From NCBI GenBank assembly GCA_037142615.1, contig JBAXAI010000015.1:1-64000 (forward strand): a stretch of DNA of 64,000 bases, in the 5' to 3' direction. The position numbers and the translations under genes were made by a program. The notes beneath the pieces were generated by a model, which worked only from the letters and a program-made list of their open reading frames with translations, had not been told where the DNA came from and ran no database searches. Positions 39,812 through 49,129 of this stretch are shown here, one piece after another. Numbering within the stretch: position 1 is the stretch's first letter; every line of letters starts with the position of its first letter. This DNA is from Spirochaetales bacterium (GTDB taxonomy: Bacteria; Spirochaetota; Spirochaetia; JABEVK01).

Positions 39812-40999
39812 TTGCGGATTGCCTTTACGACCGACGCGTTCTGGCCGCGGATCAACGGCGTCACTGTTTCGACACAGACGTTTCTGGACGAACTGACTCG
39901 CCGTGGCCACGCACTGAACTTGTGGGCACCTACGTATCCGCTGACCCCGGAAGAGCGGGCTAAACCTGTTTACGGAGACCCTCGCTACCACCGGATGAAG
40001 TCCTTTGGGGTGGCTGTATCCAAAGAGGACTACCTGACCAGCCCCTTTGAGATGAAGCGCTTCACTCGCGAAATGAACGCGTTTGCTCCCGACCTGATTC
40101 ACTGCCAGACGGAGTTCAGCCTGGCGTGGTTTGCCCGGCCGTATGCCAAGTTGCGCCGCATTCCGCTGGTGATGTCTTGTCATACCTACTTCGAACAGTA
40201 CATCGAGTATTTCCTCCCATTTCTCAACGTCCGCTTCGCCAAATGGTTCGCACGTGAAATCACCCGCTTTCTCTTTTGGCACGCCGAGACCATCATCACC
40301 CCCACTCAGGCGATGAAGGCCGTGCTGCAGTCGTACGGCTTGCGTTGCCCGATCCACGTGATTCCCACGGGAATTCGCGCCGAAGATTTTGCCGGAGTCT
40401 CCAAGGAAAGAAGGGACGAGGACCCCTTCCTGAAGGCGCACCCCGAGCTCCAAGGACGCAGGCTGCTTCTGGCCGTCGGGCGTCTGGGCCAAGAGAAGAA
40501 CGTCGACTTTTTGCTGAAGGTCGTCCAGAACCTGCAAACCGACCATGCCAACACCACGCTCCTGGTTGCCGGAAACGGTCCTTACATGGACCAATTCAAA
40601 AAGAACATCCACGCCATGGGACTCGACAAGGTTGTCAGATGCCTGGGGTACGTCCGCCGCTCGGAACTCAAGCACCTGTACGCGCTGGCCGACGTGTTCA
40701 CGTTCGCGAGCGTCACCGAGACGCAGGGGCTGGTCACCCTCGAGGCGATGATGTGCCACACTCCGGTCGTGGCTATTGGCAAAATGGGCACCAAAGAGGT
40801 CATGCAAGGCGACAATGGTGGCTTCATGGTGAGCGAGGACGTGCAGGAGTTCGCCGACCGGGTAAGGCAACTGCTCGATGATCCGGAGCTCTACCGGAGC
40901 AAGTGCGCCGAGGCTTGGGAATACAGCCAGAACTGGACCGCCAGCAAGATGGCCGAACGCCTCGAAACCCTCTACAGGGGCCTGCTCAAGAAGGCCTGA
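39812..40999 (+). CDS. GT4 glycosyltransferase (diacylglycerol glycosyltransferase-like)
   Basis: TDAFWPRINGV, IHCQTEF, VGRLGQEKN, SVTETQGLVTLEAM. Confidence 0.9.
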   Translation: MRIAFTTDAFWPRINGVTVSTQTFLDELTRRGHALNLWAPTYPLTPEERAKPVYGDPRYHRMKSFGVAVSKEDYLTSPFEMKRFTREMNAFAPDLIHCQTEFSLAWFARPYAKLRRIPLVMSCHTYFEQYIEYFLPFLNVRFAKWFAREITRFLFWHAETIITPTQAMKAVLQSYGLRCPIHVIPTGIRAEDFAGVSKERRDEDPFLKAHPELQGRRLLLAVGRLGQEKNVDFLLKVVQNLQTDHANTTLLVAGNGPYMDQFKKNIHAMGLDKVVRCLGYVRRSELKHLYALADVFTFASVTETQGLVTLEAMMCHTPVVAIGKMGTKEVMQGDNGGFMVSEDVQEFADRVRQLLDDPELYRSKCAEAWEYSQNWTASKMAERLETLYRGLLKKA

Positions 41000-41946
41000 A
41001 GGACCGCCAGCGCCTGTTCGTGGTTGCCAGTTTGCATCAACCGGTCGCGTAGCCCGAGCGCTCCGTCAAACCCGACAGTGTAGTTCTTGAAGAACTTCTT
41101 GAGCTTGTGATAGTCCTTGGACGTTTGCCACGCGTCGCGATGATCTCGAACGTGTCGAACCAGCAGGTTGAGTTTCTCGTCGCGGTCCCACTCGGGGTAG
41201 GGCCGATAGCCTTGCTGGCGAAAGATCCCCACATCAGCGAAGACGCCTCGTCCGATCATCACGCCGTCAACTTGCGAGGCGTCAAGCTTTGTTGCCAGGG
41301 ATTCCCGAGTCACGTCACCGTTGCCGACAACTGCGGTCGCGAGACCTTTGGCGTTTCGCAGGGCTACGACCACGGCGATCTGAGTCCAGTCAGCCAACCC
41401 TTCCGACTTTTGCTTCACGGTGCGACCGTGAACCGTGAGCGCGGCCAGGTCTTGGTCCAGCAGGTGACCGCACCAAAGCTCGGTTTCGGGCCGACTCCAG
41501 CCGATCCGGGTCTTCACACTCACGGGCAGCTCACCCGCTCCTTCTTTTGTGGCCGCGATCAGTTCTGCTGCCAGGGCGGGAAACCGAATGAGGGCGCTGC
41601 AGGCCCCCTTCCGGGAGATTTTTTTGACCGGGCAGCCCATGTTGATATCGATGCCCGCGAAGCCCAGGTCGCGACACAGCCTTGCCGCCTTTTCGAGCGC
41701 CACCGGATCGCTGCCCCAGATTTGGGCTACCAAGGGCCGGCGCGCCAGTTCGCCCTCGCCGACCACCAGACGCTGAAGTGCACGCTCCGGTTTGGCAGAC
41801 GTCAGAATTTCTGCTGAGGTGAACTCGGTCATGAGAACATCGGGCTCACCTTGGTCGCAAACAAGGCGCCGGTACACGTGGTCGGTGACGTCTTCCATGG
41901 GGGCAAGCACGGTGAAAGGGCGCGGAAGCGTGGACCAAAAATTCAT
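40972..41946 (-). CDS. dus: tRNA-dihydrouridine synthase
   Basis: LAPMEDVTD, IDINMGCP, SVKTRIG, TVHGRT, GNGDV, MIGRG. Confidence 0.93.
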   Translation of the reverse strand: MNFWSTLPRPFTVLAPMEDVTDHVYRRLVCDQGEPDVLMTEFTSAEILTSAKPERALQRLVVGEGELARRPLVAQIWGSDPVALEKAARLCRDLGFAGIDINMGCPVKKISRKGACSALIRFPALAAELIAATKEGAGELPVSVKTRIGWSRPETELWCGHLLDQDLAALTVHGRTVKQKSEGLADWTQIAVVVALRNAKGLATAVVGNGDVTRESLATKLDASQVDGVMIGRGVFADVGIFRQQGYRPYPEWDRDEKLNLLVRHVRDHRDAWQTSKDYHKLKKFFKNYTVGFDGALGLRDRLMQTGNHEQALAVLQAFLSRPL

Positions 41947-41990
41947 GGCGAGAACTTAGCCCAAGCGCGGCCCGCCTGTAAAGTCGATTC

Positions 41991-42019
41991 TTGACTTTTG
42001 GTGACCGGGTCGCTATGAT
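41991..42019 (+). promoter_or_regulatory. sigma70 promoter of tRNA-Val
   Basis: TTGACT-17-TATGAT. Confidence 0.8.
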
Positions 42020-42030
42020 GATGTTCGTTC

Positions 42031-42103
42031 GGGCGATTAACTCAGTGGTTAGAGTGCTACCTTCACACGGTAGAAGTCCCAAGTTCGAATCTTGGATCGC
42101 TCA
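42031..42103 (+). tRNA. tRNA-Val(CAC)
   Basis: GGGCGAT/ATCGCTC acceptor stem, CTACC-TTCACAC-GGTAG anticodon arm, AGTTCGAATCT. Confidence 0.93.
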
Positions 42104-42120
42104 AAGTTCAATGGTAGAAC

Positions 42121-42173
42121 AAAAAAGCCGGACTTTCTTGTGCCCTTGGGGGTACAGGATGTCCGGTTTTTTT
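42121..42173. terminator. Long bidirectional terminator
   Basis: A6-GCCGGAC...GTCCGG-T7 with an inner TGTGCCC/GGGTACA stem, between the tRNA and the convergent SDR gene. Confidence 0.75.
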
Positions 42174-42183
42174 GTTGGCTGCG

Positions 42184-43047
42184 TCAGATCCCCGACGTCC
42201 GCGAGCATTCCTGCCAAACCCGCACCCGGGCCGCAGGGTTGGTGACCGCAGCCGGCACGACAACCTGGCGGCAGTTGGTGTCGACGTAAATCCCGGTGTG
42301 ACCGGCCATTTCGGGGGACGACGCCAAGTACACTGACGAGCGTGAAGCCTTGGCCGCTGACTTGCCTCCATCGGGCCTCACCACCCAGCGGAACAAGGGA
42401 AAAATCAACTTGAGCGGCCCCGGCAGCATGTCACGGGTGACGCCTTGGGTCATCGCCGTGGCGGCCTGCCCGGGGTAGCCCACGTTGAGGGTCACCCCCT
42501 GGGTCTCCCGCTGCGCAAACTCCTGCATCATCGCCAGCATGGCCAGCTTCGACTGCGAATACGAGTTCAGGCCGTCGAAGCCGTGCTCTGCCTGCAGGTT
42601 GTCGAGGTCCAGAGTTTTTGGTACATCACCGCCCATCACGGTGACCACGCGGCCGCTGCCGCTGGCCTTGAGCCGGTCGAGCAGCAGGTGGGTCAAAAGA
42701 TAAGGCGCAACCACGTTGACGGCGAAGTTGGTCTCCAGACCGTCGACGGTGAGCTTGCGGCTCGGTGCGGCGCTTCCGGCGTTATTGACCAGCACGTCGA
42801 GGCGGTCGAAACGTGACAGCACTTCGTCGGCCAGCGCGCGCACCCCGGCCAGCGACGACAAATCGCCGACGACGAGCTCAACCTTCGGGTTACCGCTCTC
42901 GCGCCGGAGCTCCTCGATGGCCGCCTGGCCGCTGGCAGGATTTCGGCCGGTCACGACCACGCGCGCCCCGAGTTTCGCCAGGCCCAGGGCGCTCTGGCGC
43001 CCGATGCCCGCCGTCGCCCCGGTGATCAGGACAGTTTTTCCGTTCAT
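42184..43047 (-). CDS. Short-chain dehydrogenase/reductase (retinol-DH-like)
   Basis: ITGATAGIG, LVNNAG, YSQSK. Confidence 0.92.
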   Translation of the reverse strand: MNGKTVLITGATAGIGRQSALGLAKLGARVVVTGRNPASGQAAIEELRRESGNPKVELVVGDLSSLAGVRALADEVLSRFDRLDVLVNNAGSAAPSRKLTVDGLETNFAVNVVAPYLLTHLLLDRLKASGSGRVVTVMGGDVPKTLDLDNLQAEHGFDGLNSYSQSKLAMLAMMQEFAQRETQGVTLNVGYPGQAATAMTQGVTRDMLPGPLKLIFPLFRWVVRPDGGKSAAKASRSSVYLASSPEMAGHTGIYVDTNCRQVVVPAAVTNPAARVRVWQECSRTSGI

Positions 43048-43195
43048 TTTTGCTCCATTTCAGCCGCAACACCACTTCGAACTCCCCGTGTGCGAGCCCA
43101 AACTTATCCTGAAGGTCGCGCAAAAAAGCCCATCATGCGGCTGTAGGCCCACAAAAGGCCTCCCCACGAGTCTTGTTCCGGCTTGCTACTACATG
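43048..43195 (-). pseudogene. MarR family regulator relic
   Basis: KPEQDSWGGLLWAYSRMMGFF shifts frame in a T6 run to RDLQDKFGLAHGEFEVVLRL, which resembles MarR helices 1-2. The winged HTH is absent. Confidence 0.6.
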
Positions 43196-43428
43196 CTGAA
43201 GCATACATGAATTCCAGGACGATCTGCCGGTCTTTCTTAGGAATTTGCCTGAGCGAAGCCGGTGGGTCCCCGCTGCGGGGCTCTTATGATGCTCGTGGAA
43301 GTGATCCTCGTCGTCACCATGTTCCGCCTCATGGGCGAACGCGACGCAGTTATCCCTTTCACATTGTCTTCCTCATCCGCTTCCGGTATTTTGGAAGTCT
43401 GACCCAGCAGCGAGCCAAGGAGCGTGAA

Positions 43429-44124
43429 ATGACGGTTCCCACCGTGGAAGAGATTCTCAAACAGGACTTGGACTTGATGCGGCGCTGCCCGTCGGGCAAG
43501 GACTGCCGGTCGTGCGAGCTGGGCGTGTGCGTGCGGCTGGTGTCGTCGGCCGATTTTCCCAGCGAGTGGGGGCATTTCCGCATCCTCGGGTTTGTGAACA
43601 ACCGCGACGGCAAGGACCATGTGGTCATCCTCAAGGGCGAAATCGGCGACGGCGAGAACCTGCTGACGCGGGTGCACTCGGCGTGCCTGACCGGCGATTC
43701 CCTGGGCAGCCAGCGCTGCGATTGTGGACCCCAGCTGCGCTTGGCGCTGCAGACCATCGAGCGCGAGGGGCGCGGTCTGGTTTTGTACCACCAGGAAGAA
43801 GGCCGGGGCATCGGGCTGGTGAACAAACTGCGCGCCTACGCCCTGCAAGACGTCGGCTACGACACCATCGATGCCAACCTGGCCCTTGGCTTTGGCGCCG
43901 ACCAGCGCGACTACGCGATTCCCGCCGAAATGCTGCGTCGGATCGGCGTCAAAAGCGTGCGCCTGATGACCAACAACCCCGAAAAAGTAGAGCACCTCGA
44001 AAAGTACGGCATCCGCGTGAGCGAACGCGTGCAACACGAGCTACCTTCGCACACCCACGTGCAGCACTACCTCGAGACCAAAAAGGACCGCTTCGGTCAC
44101 CTGCTCAAGCTCGACCACGTCTAG
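43429..44124 (+). CDS. ribA: GTP cyclohydrolase II with Cys-rich N-terminal extension
   Basis: RVHSACLTGD, RCDCGPQL, EGRGIGLVNKL, LMTNNPEK, GHLL; AAGGAG RBS. Confidence 0.92.
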   Translation: MTVPTVEEILKQDLDLMRRCPSGKDCRSCELGVCVRLVSSADFPSEWGHFRILGFVNNRDGKDHVVILKGEIGDGENLLTRVHSACLTGDSLGSQRCDCGPQLRLALQTIEREGRGLVLYHQEEGRGIGLVNKLRAYALQDVGYDTIDANLALGFGADQRDYAIPAEMLRRIGVKSVRLMTNNPEKVEHLEKYGIRVSERVQHELPSHTHVQHYLETKKDRFGHLLKLDHV

Positions 44125-44302
44125 GTTGGCGTCACGGTTCCGCAAGGAACTCTACCGTCGCCGAGCGAAACGGCCTCGGCGGCGGTGAGGGAGCGTGTGC
44201 AAGGTCCTTTCAGGCTTGAGTCTGACCCCTACGGCATTAAGAAACTGCGGAGCCGGGAGTGGTGCAGCTATGTTACGATAGGAAACCTGAGGAGAACCTG
44301 TG

Positions 44303-44944
44303 ATGAAACTGAAACCAAAAAGCAAACTGCTGATGATCGGCGACTCGGTGACCGACTGCGACCGCGCCAAGCCCGTCGGCGAGGGGCTGTTCGACGCCCT
44401 GGGCAAAGGCTACGTCAGCTTTGTCGATGCCGAGTTGCAAGCCCGGCACCCCGAGGCTGCGATCCGCGTGGTGAACATGGGCACCTCAGGCCATACGGTG
44501 CGCGACCTCAAGGCCCGCTGGCAGACCGACGTGCTCGACCAGAAGCCCCAGTGGCTGAGCATCATGATCGGCATCAACGATGTGTGGCGGCAGTTTGACA
44601 CGCCGTGGCAGACCGAGTGGGCCGTGGGGCTCGAAGAATACCGCGACACCCTCGACGCCTTGGTGGCTCAAACCAAGCCCACCCTCGAGGGGCTCGTGCT
44701 GATGACGCCGTATTTCATCGAGGCCAACGTGGCCGACACCATGAGGGCGCGTATGGACGAGTACGGCCAGGTCGTTCGTCAACTCGCGGCCAAGCACGGC
44801 GCGCTGTTTGTCGACACGCAGGCCGAGTTTGACCGACTTTTGGCCCACATGCACTCGGCCGCGATTGCCTGGGACCGGGTGCATCCCAACCGTATCGGGC
44901 ACACGCTGCTGGCGCAGGCGTTTCTGGACGCCATCGAGGCCTAG
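44303..44944 (+). CDS. SGNH/GDSL esterase (acetylxylan esterase-like)
   Basis: IGDSVTD, NMGTSG, IGINDVW, DRVHP. Confidence 0.9.
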   Translation: MKLKPKSKLLMIGDSVTDCDRAKPVGEGLFDALGKGYVSFVDAELQARHPEAAIRVVNMGTSGHTVRDLKARWQTDVLDQKPQWLSIMIGINDVWRQFDTPWQTEWAVGLEEYRDTLDALVAQTKPTLEGLVLMTPYFIEANVADTMRARMDEYGQVVRQLAAKHGALFVDTQAEFDRLLAHMHSAAIAWDRVHPNRIGHTLLAQAFLDAIEA

Positions 44945-45457
44945 GTGTCGTCGGCTGTTGGCTCACCCCGCAACCGTCTGACCTTCCTGGTGCAGGGAGA
45001 GCTGTTTGGGTGTCTGGTTTTGCCCGTGACGGTGTTCAGCCTGGCCACCGCCTTCGACACCCTGCCAGGCCCGCTGGCGTGGTTTTCGCTGGCCGTTGTT
45101 GGCTTCCTGCTGCTTCAAGGGGCAGCGTTTGGCCTTCTCAAGCTCAAGGACCTGGGCGACCACGGGCGCCGGATGGCGGCCGCGGTGGCTTGGTTCCGCC
45201 GTGCTAAGTGGCTCAACCTGGCGCTGCTGGGGCTCCTGGGCGGGCTGGTGGCGGCAAGGGGCCTCCAGCCAACCGGCCAGGATTTTGACTTCTGGACGGG
45301 GCTTGTGCTGGCCACGCTGGCGGCCTTGGAGCAGGTCAACTACTACCACTGGCAACTGATGCACGACACGCCGCAGGAGTGGCGGGACCTGCTGCGCCGC
45401 AAGCGGCTCAAGCGGGGCCTTCTGGCGCGCGAGCTGGGTCGCCCGCGTGTCAGGTGA
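44945..45457 (+). CDS. Hypothetical membrane protein
   Basis: Four hydrophobic segments; LEQVNYYHWQL motif. Confidence 0.7.
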   Translation: MSSAVGSPRNRLTFLVQGELFGCLVLPVTVFSLATAFDTLPGPLAWFSLAVVGFLLLQGAAFGLLKLKDLGDHGRRMAAAVAWFRRAKWLNLALLGLLGGLVAARGLQPTGQDFDFWTGLVLATLAALEQVNYYHWQLMHDTPQEWRDLLRRKRLKRGLLARELGRPRVR

Positions 45458-47573
45458 GTTTGGCCTGCGACTCGACCCAGCTTCCCCCCAGTTCCCGGGA
45501 ACGGGCGTCGGGCTGGCAGGTGCCGGCGAACAAGGTGAGCGTGCCCGGAAGAAACTGGCGCCGGCCGTCTTCGAGCACGCATTCCAGCTGGCGCGGCCCG
45601 AGTTCAAAGGTCAGCCCGCGGGTCTCGCCTGCTGCCAGTTCGACGCGCTCAAAGCCCGCCAGCTCGCGCAGGGAGGTTCGCGTGGCCGTCGCCTTGGTCA
45701 GGTAGAGCTGGATGACATCGGCGCTGCCGTGAGCGTGCAGATTCGCCACAGTCACCTTCACCCGGAGCATTTGGCCGGCCACCACACTGGTGCCGGTTCC
45801 TTGTCCATCAACTTCGAGGCCGGTCACCTGCAGCGAACGGTAGTTCAGGACGAAACCGAAGGGGAACAATGGCTTGGCCGTGGCGTAGCGGTAGGTCCGC
45901 CGGGCCATCGAGTAGTCCTCAAAGGGCGGCAAGTCCTCGAGTTTCCAAGGCAACGTGACCGGCAGCTTGCCCGAAAAGTCGCGCTTGCCAAACAGCAGGT
46001 CGGCCACCGCCCGCCCACCCTGTTCGCCGGGGTACCACGTGTAAACGATGGCAGCGGCCTTTTCGACGTAAGGGCTCAGATCGACGGCTGAACCGGCGCT
46101 CACCAAGAGCACCACGGGTTTGCCCGTACTTAGCAGCTTCATCAGGAACTGGTGCTGACCCGCCGGTAGCGCCAGCGAGGTGCGGTCGCCAAAGTCGGGG
46201 GCAGCGATGGCGTCACCCTCCTCGCCTTCGAGCAGAATGTTCAGGCCCATGCATGCGACGGTGACGTCGAAGCCCTTAGCTTCAAAGGCGGCCCAGTCGG
46301 CAGGGATTTTGTTCAGCTCGGCCAGCAGAGCGCCGTGACGGAACTCCACCTTGACGTCGAGACCGGCGGCATCGACCAGCCCTTCTCCAAGCGTGATCAG
46401 GCGGGGGCTGAGCCCGTGATAGTTGCCTAACAGCGCCTCGGGGGCCAGCACGTTGGGATCTGTCAGGTAGAGGCTGCGGATTTTGGTGTTGTCGAGGGGT
46501 AACAGCCCGTCGTTCTTGAGGAGAACCGTCGAGCGCACCGCGGCTTCGTAGGTCAGCTCCAAGTGCTCGGGGCTGCGGATCAACGACGAGTCGAGCCCGG
46601 AATAGGGCACCCGGGCCGGTGGGTCAAACTCGCCGAGCCGGAAGCGGGTGCTCAGCAAGCGGCGTAGGCTGGTATTGAGGGTGTCCACCTCGACCAGGCC
46701 CAGCCGCACGGCGTCCTCGAGCATGTGGTACAGCTCGCCGCAGTTGAGATCGCAGCCCCGGTTGACGGCCAACGCCGCCGACTCGACGGGTCCGGTGGTG
46801 ACCTTGTGGTGCAGATGAAAGTCCTGGATGGCCCAGCAGTCGCTCACCACGTGCCCTTGGAACCCCCAGTCGCCACGCAAAGTCTTCTGCAGCAGGAACT
46901 CACTGCCGCAGCACGGTTCGCCATTGGTGCGGTTGTAGGCGCCCATGACGCTCTCGACCCCCGTCTCGACCAGGTGGCGGAAGGCAGGGAGGTAGGTGTC
47001 TTCCAGGTCGTAGGGCGAGACCACGGCGTCGAAGCTGTGACGGAGCTTCTCGGGCCCCGAGTGGACGGCAAAGTGTTTGGCGCAGGCGGCGGTCTTGAGA
47101 TAGTGCGGGTCGTCTCCCTGCAGTCCCCGCACAAACTGCTCGCCGATGCGCGAGGTGAGGTACGGGTCTTCACCATAGGTTTCTTGCCCCCGGCCCCAGC
47201 GCGGGTCGCGGAAAATGTTGATGTTGGGGGTCCAGAACGTCAGGCCCACGTAGCGGCCCGTGGTTCCCTTGGCGAGGAACAGCTGATGCTTGGCGCGCGC
47301 CTCGTCGCTGATGGCCCCAGCCACCCGAAGGATCAGCGCCTTGTCGAAGGTGGCGGCCAAGCCGATGGCCTGCGGGAAGATGGTCGCGACCCCGGCCCGG
47401 GCAACGCCGTGGAGGGCTTCGTTCCACCAACTGTGCGCGCCAACGCCCAGACGCTCAATGGCGGGCGCCTCATGGAGCATCTGGCTCACTTTCTCGCTGA
47501 GCGTCAGGCGGCCGAGCAGGTCTTCGATTCGGTCGGCCAAGGGGAGATCGGGATTGCGGAAGAGTTCGTCCAT
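45450..47573 (-). CDS. GH3 glycoside hydrolase (beta-xylosidase-like)
   Basis: WWNEALHGVA, FPQAIG, RDPRWGRGQETYGEDP, KHFAVHSGPE, VVSDCWA, EGEEGD, Fn3-like tail. Confidence 0.93.
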   Translation of the reverse strand: MDELFRNPDLPLADRIEDLLGRLTLSEKVSQMLHEAPAIERLGVGAHSWWNEALHGVARAGVATIFPQAIGLAATFDKALILRVAGAISDEARAKHQLFLAKGTTGRYVGLTFWTPNINIFRDPRWGRGQETYGEDPYLTSRIGEQFVRGLQGDDPHYLKTAACAKHFAVHSGPEKLRHSFDAVVSPYDLEDTYLPAFRHLVETGVESVMGAYNRTNGEPCCGSEFLLQKTLRGDWGFQGHVVSDCWAIQDFHLHHKVTTGPVESAALAVNRGCDLNCGELYHMLEDAVRLGLVEVDTLNTSLRRLLSTRFRLGEFDPPARVPYSGLDSSLIRSPEHLELTYEAAVRSTVLLKNDGLLPLDNTKIRSLYLTDPNVLAPEALLGNYHGLSPRLITLGEGLVDAAGLDVKVEFRHGALLAELNKIPADWAAFEAKGFDVTVACMGLNILLEGEEGDAIAAPDFGDRTSLALPAGQHQFLMKLLSTGKPVVLLVSAGSAVDLSPYVEKAAAIVYTWYPGEQGGRAVADLLFGKRDFSGKLPVTLPWKLEDLPPFEDYSMARRTYRYATAKPLFPFGFVLNYRSLQVTGLEVDGQGTGTSVVAGQMLRVKVTVANLHAHGSADVIQLYLTKATATRTSLRELAGFERVELAAGETRGLTFELGPRQLECVLEDGRRQFLPGTLTLFAGTCQPDARSRELGGSWVESQAKLT

Positions 47574-47594
47574 GAGGCTTTCTTCACCCGAAAC

Positions 47595-48640
47595 CTAACT
47601 TCTGACCAGTGTGTAATGTCGGCTGGCCTGGTAGCTCTCGAAACTGCCGTTAGGCTGGTGCGTCCTCCACTGTGCGCGTCGCCGAGGGCGCTCAGGCGGG
47701 CGTTGACGTCGAACAGGAAGTCGGCACCGGGGGCCAGCCCGATTGAGGCCAAGGGCAGAGTCACTTCAAAGTTCCAGCCGTTGGGCCCGATCTTTTGGTT
47801 GGCCTTGGCACCGGCGACCGCCGCCAGCAGCCGGTCCTTGAGCAGCGGAGCCTTCTGACCAGGCCGAGGCACCAAGAACAGCTGGATGATGTGTCCCCCA
47901 CCCACTCGGTCGAAGAAAAGTTCGACGCAGGAACCGACCCAAGGCGCTGTTTCGGCGGCGTCGTTGACCGGGTTGGAGTCGTGCACTCTGCCGCGCAGAG
48001 CGAGGTCTGTCTCCTCCCGCTGCAAGGTGCCACGGATCGCGGGGTTTCCGGCCAAGTCCAGGTCAGAGCGCACAGCTGTGCCGCGCGCCAGGGAGAGTTC
48101 CTGGCGTGGGTACAGTTTGACGCTTCGGCACAGCACGGGCGTGGCGCCCGTGGAGGTAAGCACGTATTCCTGCGGGCCGCTCCAGTCGTGGGCGTTGGTC
48201 ACCACGACCTCCAAGAGGTTCTCTTCGCCCTTGGCACGCCTCACCACCGAGGGAGCCTTCACCTCGGCCACGACTTGGGCCAAGCTGGCCAGCGAACGCC
48301 CCGTTCCAGGCTTGACGGCGTGGTGAATGAAGTACGGCAAGTATTCCGATTGGTGTTCGCTCGACTCCGTGACGAAGTAACCGGTGCGGCGCATCATCTC
48401 GAAGCGCACCTTTTCGGAGGGGAACGACGGGTCGTCGAGCAAGTTGAACAGCAGCGGGGAGGCGTCCTGCCCCCGGTAGTCGAACTTGAGGAAGAACGCC
48501 ATGTGGTTGACCCCGGCCACGACGTAGCTGATGTCTTCATACGGAAGGCCGAGGAAACCGGCCAGCTGCGCGCTGGTGCCTTGCACCGAGTGGCAAAGCC
48601 CCACCAAGGGCACCCCGACGGCTCTGTCGGCCGCCAATTG
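47595..48640 (-). pseudogene. GH4 alpha-galactosidase (MelA-like) internal fragment joined to a CBM9-like C-terminal region
   Basis: VGLCHSVQGT, AGVNHMAFF, KVRFEMMRRTGYFVTESSEHQSEYLPYF are present; the NAD-binding N-terminus and the C-terminal GH4 part are missing. Downstream VHD...WVGSCVELFFD...WNFEVTLPL; probable further frameshift near 47650. Confidence 0.8.
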
Positions 48641-49122
48641 GCAGGAAAGGCGCTCTGACGCCCTCTATTCGTGGGACTGTACGCCTCACAGCTCGGCTCC
48701 GTTGCGTTACGAACCAGAGCACGCTTTTGTGATTGTCCAATGGACCCACTCGGGGCAAGGGGTCCTTGAAGTCGCCAGTCAGAGTCGGCCGGTGGCGGCT
48801 GGTCAGGCGTTCGTGGTTCTGGTGCCGGAGCCGCTGAAGTATTCGTACCCGGCAGCTGCCTCAGAACCGTGGCTGACTACGTCGAGCGCCACTTCCGCGA
48901 GCCGCTGACCGTGACCCAGCTCGCCGACCGGGCGGGACTGAGCCGAGAGCACTTTACGCGGGAGTTTCAGCGGCACACCGCACAACCGCCAGGACGTTTC
49001 CTGCGCGAGAGACGGGCGGACAGCGCCGCCAAGCTGCTGGTGCAGACCAGTTGGTCGAGGCCTTCTGCAGCGAACGGGGTGTCACCCCGACGGCGTTCCG
49101 TCGGTCGTCGACGGGCGCCTGA
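48636..49122 (+). pseudogene. AraC family regulator relic in three out-of-frame pieces
   Basis: Cupin piece QWTHSGQG...AGQAF...EPW; HTH piece ADYVERHF...LSREHFTREF...KLLVQT; tail AFCSERGVTPTAFRR. No start codon. Confidence 0.8.
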
Positions 49123-49129
49123 GCCCTCC

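Noticed and set aside
43207-43428. FMN riboswitch upstream of ribA
   Set aside because: The conserved AGGGCGGGGTGAAATTCCC and AGTCCGGATGGGAGA blocks are absent.
44125-44290. Possible transposase or gene relic (RKELYRRR)
   Set aside because: Too little signal; no terminal repeats or second motif.
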